Assembly (NCBI GenBank): GCA_040954595.2
Contig: CM082589.2
Coordinates: 4,726,213-4,790,212, forward strand
From: Balanoglossus misakiensis
Lineage: Eukaryota; Animalia; Hemichordata
Length of the DNA: 64,000 nucleotides
Direction: 5' to 3'
This document shows positions 1 through 12,150 of the stretch, one piece after another. Made by a program: the position numbers and the translations under genes. Below the pieces are notes generated by a model. It was not told where the DNA came from, searched no databases, and saw only the letters and a program-made list of their open reading frames with translations. Position 1 is the stretch's first letter. Every line of letters starts with the position of its first letter.

Positions 1-1363
1 CTGGGGGGGAGTACCTGAAGACCCATAGCATTGTAATGTAGACATCTACCGAGACACTCTATTCCTCCAAACGTTTTTTTTTTCCGACAAACTCTCAGAT
101 TTCAGTTCTAATAGCCGTCTTGTGTTCTGAAAAGTATTATTATTATCGTCGAGCCGTTCCAGAAGATTTTTGAGGATCCAACAATAGCGGGTGTTGCCAA
201 TATTCATTGGTATTAAGTGCTGTTGCTATGTGTTTGACAAATTCGTTTCTGAATACGTTCAAGTAGAATTTTCGTGACACAATTACAATAACTGTAAAAT
301 AACTAAAAATAACAAACTTTCCATAAAGTATGACCAGAAGCTGATGCTGATTACTTGGCTCAGATTACAGATGAACATGCCACGCCTCCTTTTCAAAAAA
401 ACTGTCCAAACCGCTCTGAAACATGCACAAAAATGAAAAGAATTTTTTGCATTAAATTTTGATTAGCAAGAAGTTTCTCTTTCAAATCTGTTTTTGTTTT
501 GTTTTGTAAACCAGTAAGTGAATGTGGAGATGGAAGAAAAAAAGCGTGAACGGCTTCATTATAATGCAAGCCAAGCTGTCACGGTGAAAATTAAGGCCAG
601 CCATGAAAGCTTCCTTTCAAAGACTAATTTCACTAAGTCTTATTAGACGAAAATAAAACAAATTAGACCAAAAAACGATTGCAATGATCTCCATTATGTG
701 TTGAAATTCTAGTTTTTCATACCCTTCTACGTCGGTGTCACGAAAAGCTTGAAAGGACGCTTTCATGGCTGGCCTTACTATTTTCACAGCTTGGCTTGCA
801 TTATAATGAAGCCGTTCACGCTTTTTTTCTTCCATCTCCACATTCACTTACTGGTTTACATAACCAAAAAAAAAAAACAGATTTGAAAGAGAAACTTCTT
901 GCTAATCAAAAGTTAATGCAAAAAATTCTTTTCATTTTTGTGCATGTTTCAGAGCGGTTTGGACAGTTTTTTTGAAAAGGGGGCGTGGCATGTTCATCTG
1001 TTATCCGAGCCAAGTAATCAGCATCAGCTTCTGGTCATACTTTATGGAAAGTTTGTTATTTTTAGTTATTTTACAGTTATTGTAATTGTGTCACGAAAAT
1101 TCTACTTGAACGTATTCAGAAACGAATTTGTCAAACACATAGCAACAGCACTTAATACAAATGAATAATGGCAACACCCGCTATTGTTGGATCCTCAAAA
1201 ATCTTCTGGAACGGCTCGACGATAATAATAATACTTTTCAGAACAGAAGACGGCTATTAGAACTGAAATCTGAGAGTTTGTCGGAAAAAAACGTTTGGAG
1301 GAATAGAGTGTCTCGGTAGATGTCTACATTACAATGCTATGGGTCTTCAGGTACTCCCCCCAG
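1..1363. repeat. Long inverted repeat (foldback/MITE-like), arms ~1-620 and ~749-1363, ~128 bp spacer; truncated by window edge
   Basis: 1-44 ctgggggggagtacctgaagacccatagcattgtaatgtagaca is the reverse complement of 1321-1363 apart from one base in the G run. The match continues inward with few differences to ccatgaaagcttcctttcaa (601-620) versus ttgaaaggacgctttcatgg (749-768). No coding signal. Confidence 0.93.
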
Positions 1364-1534
1364 TCGTCCCACAATGCAATGCGTTTTTCAAGATGGCGGT
1401 TAATACAGCTTTGCCCTATATTGATTTCATTGAACATGTAATTTATAGCATTGGTGAGTTCGTGGATAATAAATTGCAATAAAAGTGAACGTAGACTGGG
1501 GTTTAATTTTTGTTTTTCTTTTCTTTTCATCCAC

Positions 1535-4500
1535 GAGTCATCAGATACTGTGTATCACTGGAGTGAATTTTCAAAGGAAGTCAATAATCGTAAGTATTTG
1601 TTAAGTAACAATGTTAAGTTTTTTATATCAACTTTTGAATATTAAATTAAATGTAATTGACCCCCTTTCCCTTCATTTCCAGGGCTATGTCGAACTTCAC
1701 CTCATACCAAGCAAGCCAAACCTCAACAAAATCAAGCTGAACAGCAAGCAATGCAATATCCTTTTCATTCACATGTTCTTCTAGCTGTGGTACGCAGCTG
1801 TACCATGGGGGTGTCCCTGGGGTAATCAGCCCCTCCCCACCCACTGTACAGCTCCGTACCACAGCTAGATCATGTGTTGCCTGAAATCTGGCTGGGTGCT
1901 TTCATGTTCTGCAAAACCAAATTTGCAGTTGACACAAGTTAGAATTTCAAACTAGAATGGGAGCCATAATCATTCATGTGTTTTACCTTGACTTGAGATT
2001 GATACGAATCTACAGAGTGTGTATCAACGATGTCTGGGAAGCTTCGTTCCTCTACAATGATCCAACTTTGGCTGTCTGTCAGAGTGATGCTAAACAGTAA
2101 GTTAGTACATCTGTTCAGATATATAACTTGGTAATCGCTCAGGACAATAGAAAAAAACCAAACAATCTACCATATTAGATCATGTAACAAAACAAAATGG
2201 CACGTACATATTGACAAATCTTTCCATTATGTGGTTTCTTCTCCAGGCGTAATTTAAACTTCTTTTCGACGTGTCATTCTTCTGCTGTGGGATCAGTAGA
2301 TGCAGACAGTGGCAATGGAGAACTGACTATCAGAATACCCCAGGAGGCTATGCACCTTGTCCAAGGTAAGACAGTTTTCCTGCGAGACAAAAAAACGATG
2401 TCCTGAAAAAAACCCATAGGAAGTGATTTGTGTTTTTGACCTGTATGCCATGAACAGCATACAAGTCAAAAGGAATACTAAAATAAGTAAAACATATTTT
2501 TTCTATTTCAGATCTAAAGCCAATACGAGTTAGCATAGAATTCTCATTGGAGACCCCACAGGGAGGGATTCAGTTTGTGGTGCCGGAATTGGATGGTACC
2601 ATGGCTGAGGTGAGTTGAGCAGACACAGTTACCGGTTCATTCGAAAATGAAACTTTCTAAGTTGTATGGACATCCCGATTTCCAGATTAGGCAGGGTCGG
2701 TTTAGACAGGTGTAACTGTACATTACTTTTGGATTTCGTTACGACAGAGGTCAGCTCACATGTTCACGTACGGCTATGAGAATTCAGCGAGGCTGTGGTT
2801 TCCCTGCATCGACTCTTATTCTGAACCGTGTACGTGGAAGTTGGAGTTCACAGTGGATGCCTGCATGATAGCCGTGTCTTGCGGCGATCTGATCGAGACA
2901 GTCTTCACTCCTGACATGAGGAAGAAGACGTACCATTATGTGTTGAATATACCGACCGCAGCACCAAATATTGCCCTGGCTGTTGGGTAAGTACACCAGG
3001 TGGTTGCAGTCATTGTGTCTAATATTATCTGTCTAATATAATCTGGTATTACCCTCCATCCCGTCACTATATACTGCCAAGGCTGTGATGCAAGTTACCT
3101 AGTCAGTACATCCACACAGTCATATATAGAAGAATACTTGTCTATTTCCAAGGTATCCCTCTGTTATAGTGTTACATCTGCCTCTAATGTAGATTTCGAG
3201 GTTAAATAAGATGACAAGTTAGGAATATCAAGTCAAGACAGTATATTCATTAGTACATTTTTTCTGTTTTCAGGCCATTTGAGATTTTCGTTGATCCGTA
3301 CATGAACGAGGTGACCCATTTCTGTTTGCCGCAGTTGCTACCAGTTTTGAAACACAGCACAGACAGATTGCACCAGGTAATGTCAATTCTGTCATTTTCA
3401 GTGCCGTTCATGGTTCTTGTGCCCCTGACAAATCCTAGAATGTGAAATTTTGTGTTGGTCTGACACCATGATATAAATAAACACAAAATGATATTCCTTT
3501 ATTTGCAGGCTTTTGAGTTTTATGAAGAGGTCCTGGGCACTCGCTACCCATACAGCTGTTACAAGCAAGTCTTCATTGACTGTGCGTACATTGAGGCCGC
3601 AGCCTATACCTCCATGACAATATTCAGGTATGCTAATGTGATTTCTCAGAATTATTTAAGGTATGTACTAGTATAAGATACATTTTACTTCTTTCAAAGT
3701 GAAGTGAATCACAACATCTCATTTTCATTAATTTTTCCAGCACCAATATCTTGCATTCAAGCCACATTATCGACCAGACGTTTACGTCGCGTCAGTTGAT
3801 GGCACACGCCGTGGCCCAACAGTTCTTTGGTTGTTACATCTGCATGCAGTCGTGGCCCGATGCCTGGCTCACCAAGGGTCTGGCTGAGTACCTGACCGGT
3901 CTGTACATCAAGAAGAAGTTCGGCAATAATGAGTATAGACATATGATTAGTCAGGTGAGAGGTGGTTCTAAGATTGTGTTTGTTTTATAGGCTAACATTT
4001 ATGTACAATGTATGCTTGTCAAATTGTTTGGTGGTGAGATCCAATATGGCTGCCTTTTGACCATTTCCTAGGCTATTATCAATTACAGGTACACTGAGTT
4101 CTTTCAATGCTATTTTGATGTCAATTTACTCCACATGTTGTATTTCCAAATAATTATGCACTCTTTTTTTTCTGCAGATACTGAAAAAAGTATGCGATGC
4201 AGAAGGAGAGTATGGAGGTCTGATACTCTACCCCAATGCCAACTCCCAGGGAGGCAAGACTGACACCAGCAGTACAAACGGGGGAAAGCTGCATTTCCCA
4301 AGGAAACACTCGCACACAACATCATGGAAGTACGCCAAGATGATTCGGCTGAAAGCCCACATTGTGATCCGACTGATCGCTCTAACCATCGGACAGCACC
4401 TGTTGTTACAAGTAAACAAATTGACTCGATATTATTCAGTGTTTCTTTAATCAGTTTATCTTTTAAACTTCAAGTTGCCTACAATGTAATTCTGTGTTGT

Positions 4501-7500
4501 GAGGATTTTCTGGTCGTAAACATTCATTCAGAGTCTGTGCGAAATTTAATTCATTTCTTGAAAGTTGATGATCACATACTCCTGCCTGTGTATCTATCAC
4601 AGAATTTGCCAAAACTGTATTTGTTAGAAAAATTGCAATTTTCATAGCGAAAAAGATACAGTTAATGGAGTTTTAATTTTATCTTCAGGCACTGAATAAG
4701 TTGTTATCATTGGCCTCAGCGGCAGCCCAGCAGAAATTCCAAAGTAACAGTTGGTCCAATATGCTTCTCTCAACAAGTGGGGTGAGTTTGTACTATGATT
4801 GTATCAACGTGTCACGAGGTACTAGGTTGTAACAGAAATTACTGTGCTGTCAGTTACATAGGCGTGTGATGTGTATATGACAGGCATAATCTTTGTGTCC
4901 TGTACCACAGTCAAATTTTTTCCTAGGGTAATCTGATGAAAATTTGGAGAAAACTACAAAGAAATTCACTCTGTCATTGTGCTTTCCTCTTTTAGTTTCT
5001 GAAGTCAGTTGCCACGGTTTCTGGTAAAGACTTGAAGACCCTGCTTGATCAGTGGGTGTATCAGGGCGGATGCGTCCGTTTCCATGGAAACTTCATCTTC
5101 AATCGGAAGAGAAACATTGTTGAGTTGGAGCTCAAGCAAGATCTAACTAGCAGTGGAGTCATGAAATATGTGGTATGGCTATTAGTATTAATTTTGTTAA
5201 TGTCTTTTGGAGAGATAGCCATTAAATGTATGTACTTTGTCAGTGCTCACTCGAACATTCTGTCTTGTTTTGTCATGCACTAGGGTCCATTGCAAGTCAC
5301 AATCCAAGAATTGGACGGCTCGTTCAACCATAATGTACAGATAGAAGAAAACAGCACCAAACATGAAATGACATGCCATTCCAAGAGTAGAAGGTATTGT
5401 TTCAATCGTCATTTTGATTTGTGGACAGTTGTCACATGACAGTTTTGGCTGGTTGTGATAGGTCAAGAATTGACAAGGCAGGGCGATGATTGGCTCAGTC
5501 CAGGCTGATTTGGCCAGATTTTGTGTTGGTAATAATAAACAATGGTCATGAATTCGTCTTAAATCCCAGGAAATTTACATTTGTGTATTCTGTTCCGCCA
5601 GGCACAAAAAGAAGAAAATTCCATTAGCCAACGGAGAAGAAGTTGATATGGATCTAAGTGCTATGGAGTGAGTAGAAACTTGCAATGTCATCAAGAAACA
5701 TAAAATAAATGTCTGAAAATATTATTGGTATTCTTGTGTACGAATGAAATATGGTTTATTATGATTTCAGTGCTGATTCTCCAGTACTGTGGATTCGTAT
5801 TGACCCAGAGATGACAACGATACGACACGTTTTATTTGAGCAGCCTGACTATCAGTGGCAATATCAACTGAAGTATGAAAGAGATGTTGTGGCCCAGGGT
5901 GAGGTATGTATTTTCCAACCATTAATTAAATGACAGTGCTGTTTTAAGGTAGTATGAACCTCTGGGACATATGGTGGCCATTTTGAATTTCAAATTTAAA
6001 ACAATTTGACTCTCTCATTTAAAATTTTTGCACAGCGACCACCAATTTTTTATGTAACATGAGTACATTTCTTGTTTCAGGCTATAACAGCTTTGGAAAA
6101 TTTCCCAAGCCCAGCCACCAGAATATGTCTGTCAGATATCTTGGAAAATGAACAGTGTTTTTATAAAGTCAGAATGCTGTCAGCGTACTGCCTGTCTAAG
6201 GTATGTTGGGAAGATCTGATTTAAGATAGCCCCCTTGCAGTTTTATCATGTTGAATCTTCTGGATTTGTGATCGAGTTTCTGCAACAGAAAAAAATATCT
6301 GATATAGAGACACTGTTACTTGCCTGTGTTCATATCCTTGCCTTGGTGTTTTCTTATAGGTAGCCAATGAGATGTCAGCCACCTGGACTGGCCACACAGC
6401 CATGATGTCTGTATTCAGAAAGATGTTTGGATCTTTCTCCTGTCCAAATATTGTCAAAAGAAATAACTTTGCAAATCTTCAAGCCTATTATATTCAGAAG
6501 GTAAGGTGTCCTACATGCTGCTTTTTCAGTTTGAACATCCAGTGTGTTACATGTAGTAACATTGCAACTTGTTTCTGCTGTCGGCAACAACTTCCCAGCA
6601 GTAAAATGATTATCAGAGTAATGGAGGACGAGGATCTGATGACTCTTCGTTTTTGTTTATTTTAGGCACTGCCAATTGCCATGTGTAAGATCCGGAACGC
6701 AATCCTGGTGTGCCCCAAGGAAGTCATCCATTTTGTGTCGGATTTGATCAAGTACAACGACAACAGGAAGAACAAGGTGACCTTGACAATTACTTTCTGA
6801 CTGCATCTTTCCCAGTTTTGCTTTCTCAATTGTAAATCAAAATTTCAAATGAGTTTCATTCGTCAGACATGTGATGCCATTACAATAACACCTCACACAG
6901 TTACAATATAGTTCATCAAGTATGTTCATCAGATCAATAACTTTATCTTTTTTCGTTTCTTTGCCAGTTTTCTGATAATTACTACAGAGCTGCCCTGATA
7001 GAGGCATTGGCCAATACTGTGACACCCTCCACGTCCCTGGATAAGACAGTAGACAGTCTGTCTTCAGAGAACAAGGTTTGGCTTTAGAAAGGCTTACTGC
7101 TGTGAATTGTATCGCTGTGTAAGAAAGAGATTGCCAGAATAGACTCAGAATGAACTAGGAGACAGATCTCATTGTAGGCTATTCTTGTCTATCTGCCCCC
7201 TCTACATACAATAATGAAAATGATTTTATTTTGATTCGTTCCCCCTCACAGCTGGTTCTTGAAGAAATCACACGGTTTCTGAACCTGGAGAAGTTGTTGC
7301 CGTGTTATCGGTACACAACAACCGTCAGCTGTCTCAAGGCCATCCGAATCTTACAAAAGAATGGCTGGATTCCAAATGAACCAGGAGTGTTCCAGAGTTA
7401 CGCTGAGTACGGCCATTTTGTGGACATCCGTCTTGCGGCGTTAGAAATTCTAGTGGATTGTGTCAAAGGTCAGTGATGGGGTGAAGTGTCTCAAATTAGT

Positions 7501-10500
7501 CAAATTTTGTACAACAAATTATTTTCATTCCTGTGTGTAAATTTTGGTGACATACTTTGTTGGACTGATGGAATTTCTGACTTGCAGCTGCAGAAACAGT
7601 GAAAATAAGACAGTTGGATTTGAATTAGAACAAATGGGGTATCATCCAGTATAGCATACATACATTTACACTTATCCTTCATAAAATCTTCAAAATCAAG
7701 ATCAGGAGGCTTATTTTGCTCCTCTCTACTTTTCAGTGGAAGCTCATGAAGAACTGTTGTCATGGTTACTTGATATTGTGGAGACAGATCCAGTTCCATA
7801 TATACGGTAACATTGAATTATGAATTATGTACTCATGAAATATAAACAATACAAAAATACATCTTATGAACTTTTAGTGATGGCAGGCTTTCTTTCACTA
7901 GCTCTCGATTTTCTCCCTTCTTGGGTAAGATAAGTTGCCTACATATTATCCCAAGATGCATATCTGTGTTCACACAGTTTTGATATTTTTTTCTTATGCC
8001 ATTTTACAGTCATTCTGTGTTGAAAATGCTGACCAAGAATCCACCATTCTCTAAGAAAGATGAGTCGCCGTTAAGCAACGAATCCTTGGTTGAGAGGCTG
8101 TGGTCGCTGATGAAGTGAGTAGTTTTCTATAGTCTGGCATTTTCCTGCAGATTTGAAGTTTACTGTGTTTTTTAACTTTATGCATATAATGCATATATTA
8201 TGCATATAATTATGAGATTGACATGGTCTGGTTCCCTGTTCTGTCACCAGCCTCCACGATAAATTTCAAAAACCCACCATACTCTATTTTCTTACCACTG
8301 CTCTGACAGTTCTGGTACTTCCCACGATGCCCGGCTAAGATGTGACGCAGTCGACCTGTACAGTGCACTGTGGGGCAGAACAAGACCGGCCTGTCTGCCT
8401 ATACCTGAGGTAAGTTCCTAACCAGTGGACTTTGAAAACAACTTGAAATTAGTTGACAGAATTGATTAATGTGGCAGAGGCTTAGAGGTGGTTTTGCAGA
8501 CAAATCAGTGTCGTCACAAGTTAAACTCATAATTCTTTTCCACAGCTTGGGATGGTCTTGAATCTGAAGGAGAAGAAGGCAGTCTTAAATCCATCTTTGG
8601 TTCCGGAGCCATCGGCATCCAGTGACTCTTACTCACAAGTGAGTTCTAGGCTTTAGTTTTTCACTAGTGTTTGAAGCCATCAAGGCACAAGTAGAATAAA
8701 GTCTTTCTTTTCATCCTATGTTTACTTGTATGGCAAAAATTCGCCCATGTGAGTCTCTGACAGTACTTTTAATATTATAGCAATCATGGTGTGTTAGGGT
8801 CTTAGGGTAAACGATTGCTAAAATGTGCACGAGAGGCTATATGATGGATTGTGTTTTTCAATGGTTTTAGGCTTCCCAGGACAGTCAGAGTGAGTCTAAG
8901 GAATTTGAAAGCGCCGGAGAGCCCTATAATGACCGGAAAAGGAAAGCGGACATGCAAGGAGAGCCGTCTGTTGACAAGAAAAGGAAGACAGACTCCCCGT
9001 TGCCCCCGACAGCGGTCAAACTTGAAGCTGAAGACCTGGACGTGGATGTGCAGCAGTTGGATGAAAACCAAATCAAATTAAAAATCATGGTTTGTATTTC
9101 AGTCTGTCATCATGTGATTTGTAACCGTAGCAACCCAAGAATGTCAAACTTGTGACCAGGAAGGAAATAACTTTTCTATCAGCGTTAAAAGTACTCGCAT
9201 TACCAGCATCAATCTTGCAACCATGACAGTTTAATTACTTTTCCAGTGGGAACCATACACGTGGGATCAAGTACCACACAAGTCGTGATGTTTTCTAGAG
9301 TTTTATGGCAGTTGAAGTGTTCTATATGAATTTACTCAGATTGCAGAGGATGTAATATTTAACATCTGAATTGATGAATTTGGCAATCATGCATTTGTCT
9401 TTAACTGTAGAAATTGCAGATATGCAAATGTTTAGTTAAGACCACCTCAGTGGTGTGATTTATATTGTTAGCTTTGTTCTACAGACTGTTTCCAGTGATT
9501 TTATAAACTGATTTATCATCCTCCTGAACAGTTGGCAGTACACATCTCAGAAATCAACCTCTCAAGTTTTTTTATTATGGATTTTCTTTTCTCAGTTGGG
9601 CCGAAATGGGCAGGAGGATGAGGGAAAGGAAAAGATGACAGAGGAGCCCCAGGATATGGAAGTTGGTGCCATGGTAACCGGTAATGTTGATAAGATAGAA
9701 GCGGGTGAGAATTTGGACGCCTCCCTGGAGGAAAGACCCAACACACCAGGGTTAGGTGTCAAAGACGGGGAACTCTCTAGACCAGGTGAGAGGGCTGAGC
9801 GAGGTAGTGGTTTGACCACAACACTGAATAAAACTTTCTGAAGTTAGATGTATGGGGGAAAAAGTAACTGTATTTTTATGTCATTTTAGGTTTATTTTGC
9901 CTGTTTTTTCTCTGATTATTGAATATTAGTACCTGCAGAGATATGTCATGGATATGTAAATTTTCATGAATAATTCATAATCTCATCTTTGCAGTTGTTT
10001 GATAGTTTCTTAGCAGTGAGAAACTTCGAACTTTGCAGCAGGTGGTCTGGCCATGTGAGAGCGAATATACATGAGATTTTAGTGTCTTTACCTTTATTTC
10101 TGTCATCTCCCAGCAACCCCAAATATCGACATAGGGTTGAGCTCTCGCAGCACCACGCCTTCCCCGACACCCCTACAGTCGAAGTTGTCATCTCTCGGGG
10201 AGCCGATGAAGACCTCAAGTCCCTATCACAGAGCCGGGTCAGATGGTGCATCTCTCAGTGCTGGACAGTATCAGAGATCAGGATCAGAAAGCAAGCTGTC
10301 TAGTTCTCATCACAGACCCGGATTTGACAGCAGGCCGTCGACGACTGAAACACCACCCATATTCGGAAGCAGCAGCCACCATTATCACCACTACCACCCC
10401 CACCACCACAAAACAACCAGCTCACACTCCTCGGGCGCCAAACACCGAGATGGTGGCTCTGCCTCGACGTCACACAAAGACAGAAAGGGTGCTCACCCGC

Positions 10501-10709
10501 ACAGGAAGACAGAGAAGGACGACGGCAAACTGCACAAGATCAAGAAGAAGAAAAAGAAGAACAAACACAAGCACAAACACAAACACGGCAAACACGACAG
10601 ACACGACAAACGCGACCGGCCGAGTGGGGGTTCCAGTAGACCTGGTGGCTCGGCAGGTTTTCTAGGGTCACATGGAAGCAGTGGGTCATTCCATGGACCG
10701 AGACCCTGA
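1535..10709 (+). CDS. TAF2: TFIID subunit 2 (TAF2), ~27 coding exons in window, 5'-incomplete
   Basis: Spliced exons include 1535-1589 [18 protein letters not shown], 1683-1755 [15 protein letters not shown], 2006-2096 RIYRVCIND, 2748-2986 [21 protein letters not shown], 4996-5172 [11 protein letters not shown], 5771-5903 [20 protein letters not shown], 7252-7468 [14 protein letters not shown] and 10114-10709 ending [15 protein letters not shown]..stop. These follow the vertebrate TAF2 sequence collinearly (M1-aminopeptidase-like fold plus His/Lys-rich tail). Confidence 0.97.
1756..2005 (+). other. U12-type (minor spliceosome) AT-AC intron of TAF2
   Basis: 5' end ATATCCTTT at 1756, branch-like TTACCTTGAC at 1983-1992, 3' end ..GATAC at 2005. 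Joining TGC A|GA ATC TAC AGA restores the conserved KQC-RIYRV. Confidence 0.93.
5945..6050 (+). mobile_element. Internally deleted fragment of a non-autonomous DNA transposon (TTAA-GG terminus, Kolobok-like by inference)
   Basis: Starts ttaaggtagtatgaacctctgggaca. Core tggtggccattttgaatttcaaatttaaaacaatttgac..aaaatttttgcacagcgacc matches the reverse complement of 34061-34143, and the terminus resembles the reverse complement of 60944-60969. Confidence 0.6.
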
Positions 10710-11079
10710 GCTGGCAGACATTTTGCTTCGTTGGGAAATCGAATGGTGTACAAGTATTTCGTTACATGATGATGTGTACAAATGTACATCACAGAACACA
10801 AGCAATTCACACACAAAAGGGAGCTACCCACGCTGTGCTTTTATTTTGTGAATGTGCTTGCAGGCAGAATACTGCAACTAGGAGTTTTGATGTTTTTTTA
10901 TGTCGTTTTATTAGAGAGACCTGATTCTTGTCCTGACCATTCAGTGAGTTTTGATGAGAAAGATGATTGTAGTTGTTTTGAATATTGTATCATGATTATT
11001 TCATTTGTCATTTCATAAGGATGGCGAATTTCAAAAGAATGGTTACAAACATGTAACTTTTAGTGTCACAAACATCGAG

Positions 11080-12150
11080 TCAGCATGAACTTATTTGATT
11101 ATTGTTCTCCGAAGTTGACTGATCCGCGCGACTTTCCCTAAGGCTTGTCACCCTGGTAGTTGCGGGAGATTTCTTGCAATGAAGGCAGCATCGCAGCAGA
11201 TTCATCAAGGTCCGCCTGAAGGTTCTGTTCATGGCGCTGTAGATGATCACGTTCCAGAAACTATTGGACACAGCCAGCCACACGGCCAGGAACACCAGAT
11301 ATTCTGACAAATCTTCTGAATCCGTCACAGACTTGTAGATGAGACCCACGGCGTAGGGAAACCACGCGATGATGAAACAGCCCCCCACCACGAACATCAT
11401 CTTGGTGGCTTTGTAACTGTTCTTCATCGACATCGCGGGACTGTCGTGCGGGATGTTCCCGCGCACGGTCTGGCTGTCCCGTATCTGCCGCGCGTGGCGC
11501 CGCGAAATTTGCAAGATTCGGCAGTACATCGCCACGATGAAGATGGCGGGCACAAAGATGAAGAGGACAGTTGTCGCTATGGTGACGCCGTCGTTTTCGA
11601 TGGCGCCGTAGTCTGGCATGCACGCCATGATTTTGTCGCTGAAGACGATGAAGTCGCCCGGCATGACAAGCACAATTACCCAGACGAATATTTCCACGGC
11701 GATCCATTTGGTCAAAATCGCGGCAACGACTCGCTTTTCGGTCACTACGGTCGGATAGCGTAGTGGGCAGCTGATGGCGACGAAGCGTTCAGTCCCAACC
11801 AGAACAATGGACAGAATAGACACAGACGTGAAGATCTGGTTGTGAGTGCCCGTTATGAGACACCACACATCGCCATAGGGCCACGAACCAACAATCGAAG
11901 CACCGAACGGAAATATGGTTAGAATCCCAACGGCCAGGTCCGATACAGCCAAGGACATCATGAAATGTTTCGTAGTCCTCGGGATGGACGCAATTTGTCG
12001 GATGACGACGATGTTGATGATATTCCCAAAAGTGATGAATATCATATTGATAAATATTACGGTCGTTTGAATTGATGACCAGGCTTCGGCCGTCATGTTC
12101 GTGAATGGAAGTCGGAAATCACTGTCCAAGTTTAAACCAAATTCCATCAT
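11080..12150 (-). CDS. Single-exon class A (rhodopsin-like) orphan GPCR, GPR21/GPR52-like
   Basis: Seven TM segments: TM1 GN, TM2 LAVSD, C3.25, ERF, TM6 AWFPY, TM7 WLAVSNSFWNVIIYS (compare GPR21/52 WLAISNSFCNCVIYS). First ATG at 12150; the ORF-track start at 12171 is TTG. Confidence 0.92.
   Translation of the reverse strand: MMEFGLNLDSDFRLPFTNMTAEAWSSIQTTVIFINMIFITFGNIINIVVIRQIASIPRTTKHFMMSLAVSDLAVGILTIFPFGASIVGSWPYGDVWCLITGTHNQIFTSVSILSIVLVGTERFVAISCPLRYPTVVTEKRVVAAILTKWIAVEIFVWVIVLVMPGDFIVFSDKIMACMPDYGAIENDGVTIATTVLFIFVPAIFIVAMYCRILQISRRHARQIRDSQTVRGNIPHDSPAMSMKNSYKATKMMFVVGGCFIIAWFPYAVGLIYKSVTDSEDLSEYLVFLAVWLAVSNSFWNVIIYSAMNRTFRRTLMNLLRCCLHCKKSPATTRVTSLRESRADQSTSENNNQISSC

Noticed and set aside
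1364-1460. ZNF143-like TCCCACAATGCA and YY1-like AAGATGGCGG followed by short ORF MAVNTALPY.. and a GTGAGT donor, as TAF2 promoter/exon 1
   Set aside because: The peptide does not resemble the TAF2 N-terminus, and its phase (1) is incompatible with the next exon (2). It probably belongs to the foldback arm.
9989-10303. Alternative frame NPKYRHR.. resembling human LSKYR
   Set aside because: Ends early at 10303. The phase-1 donor at 9785 leads into the frame with the conserved Lys/His tail.
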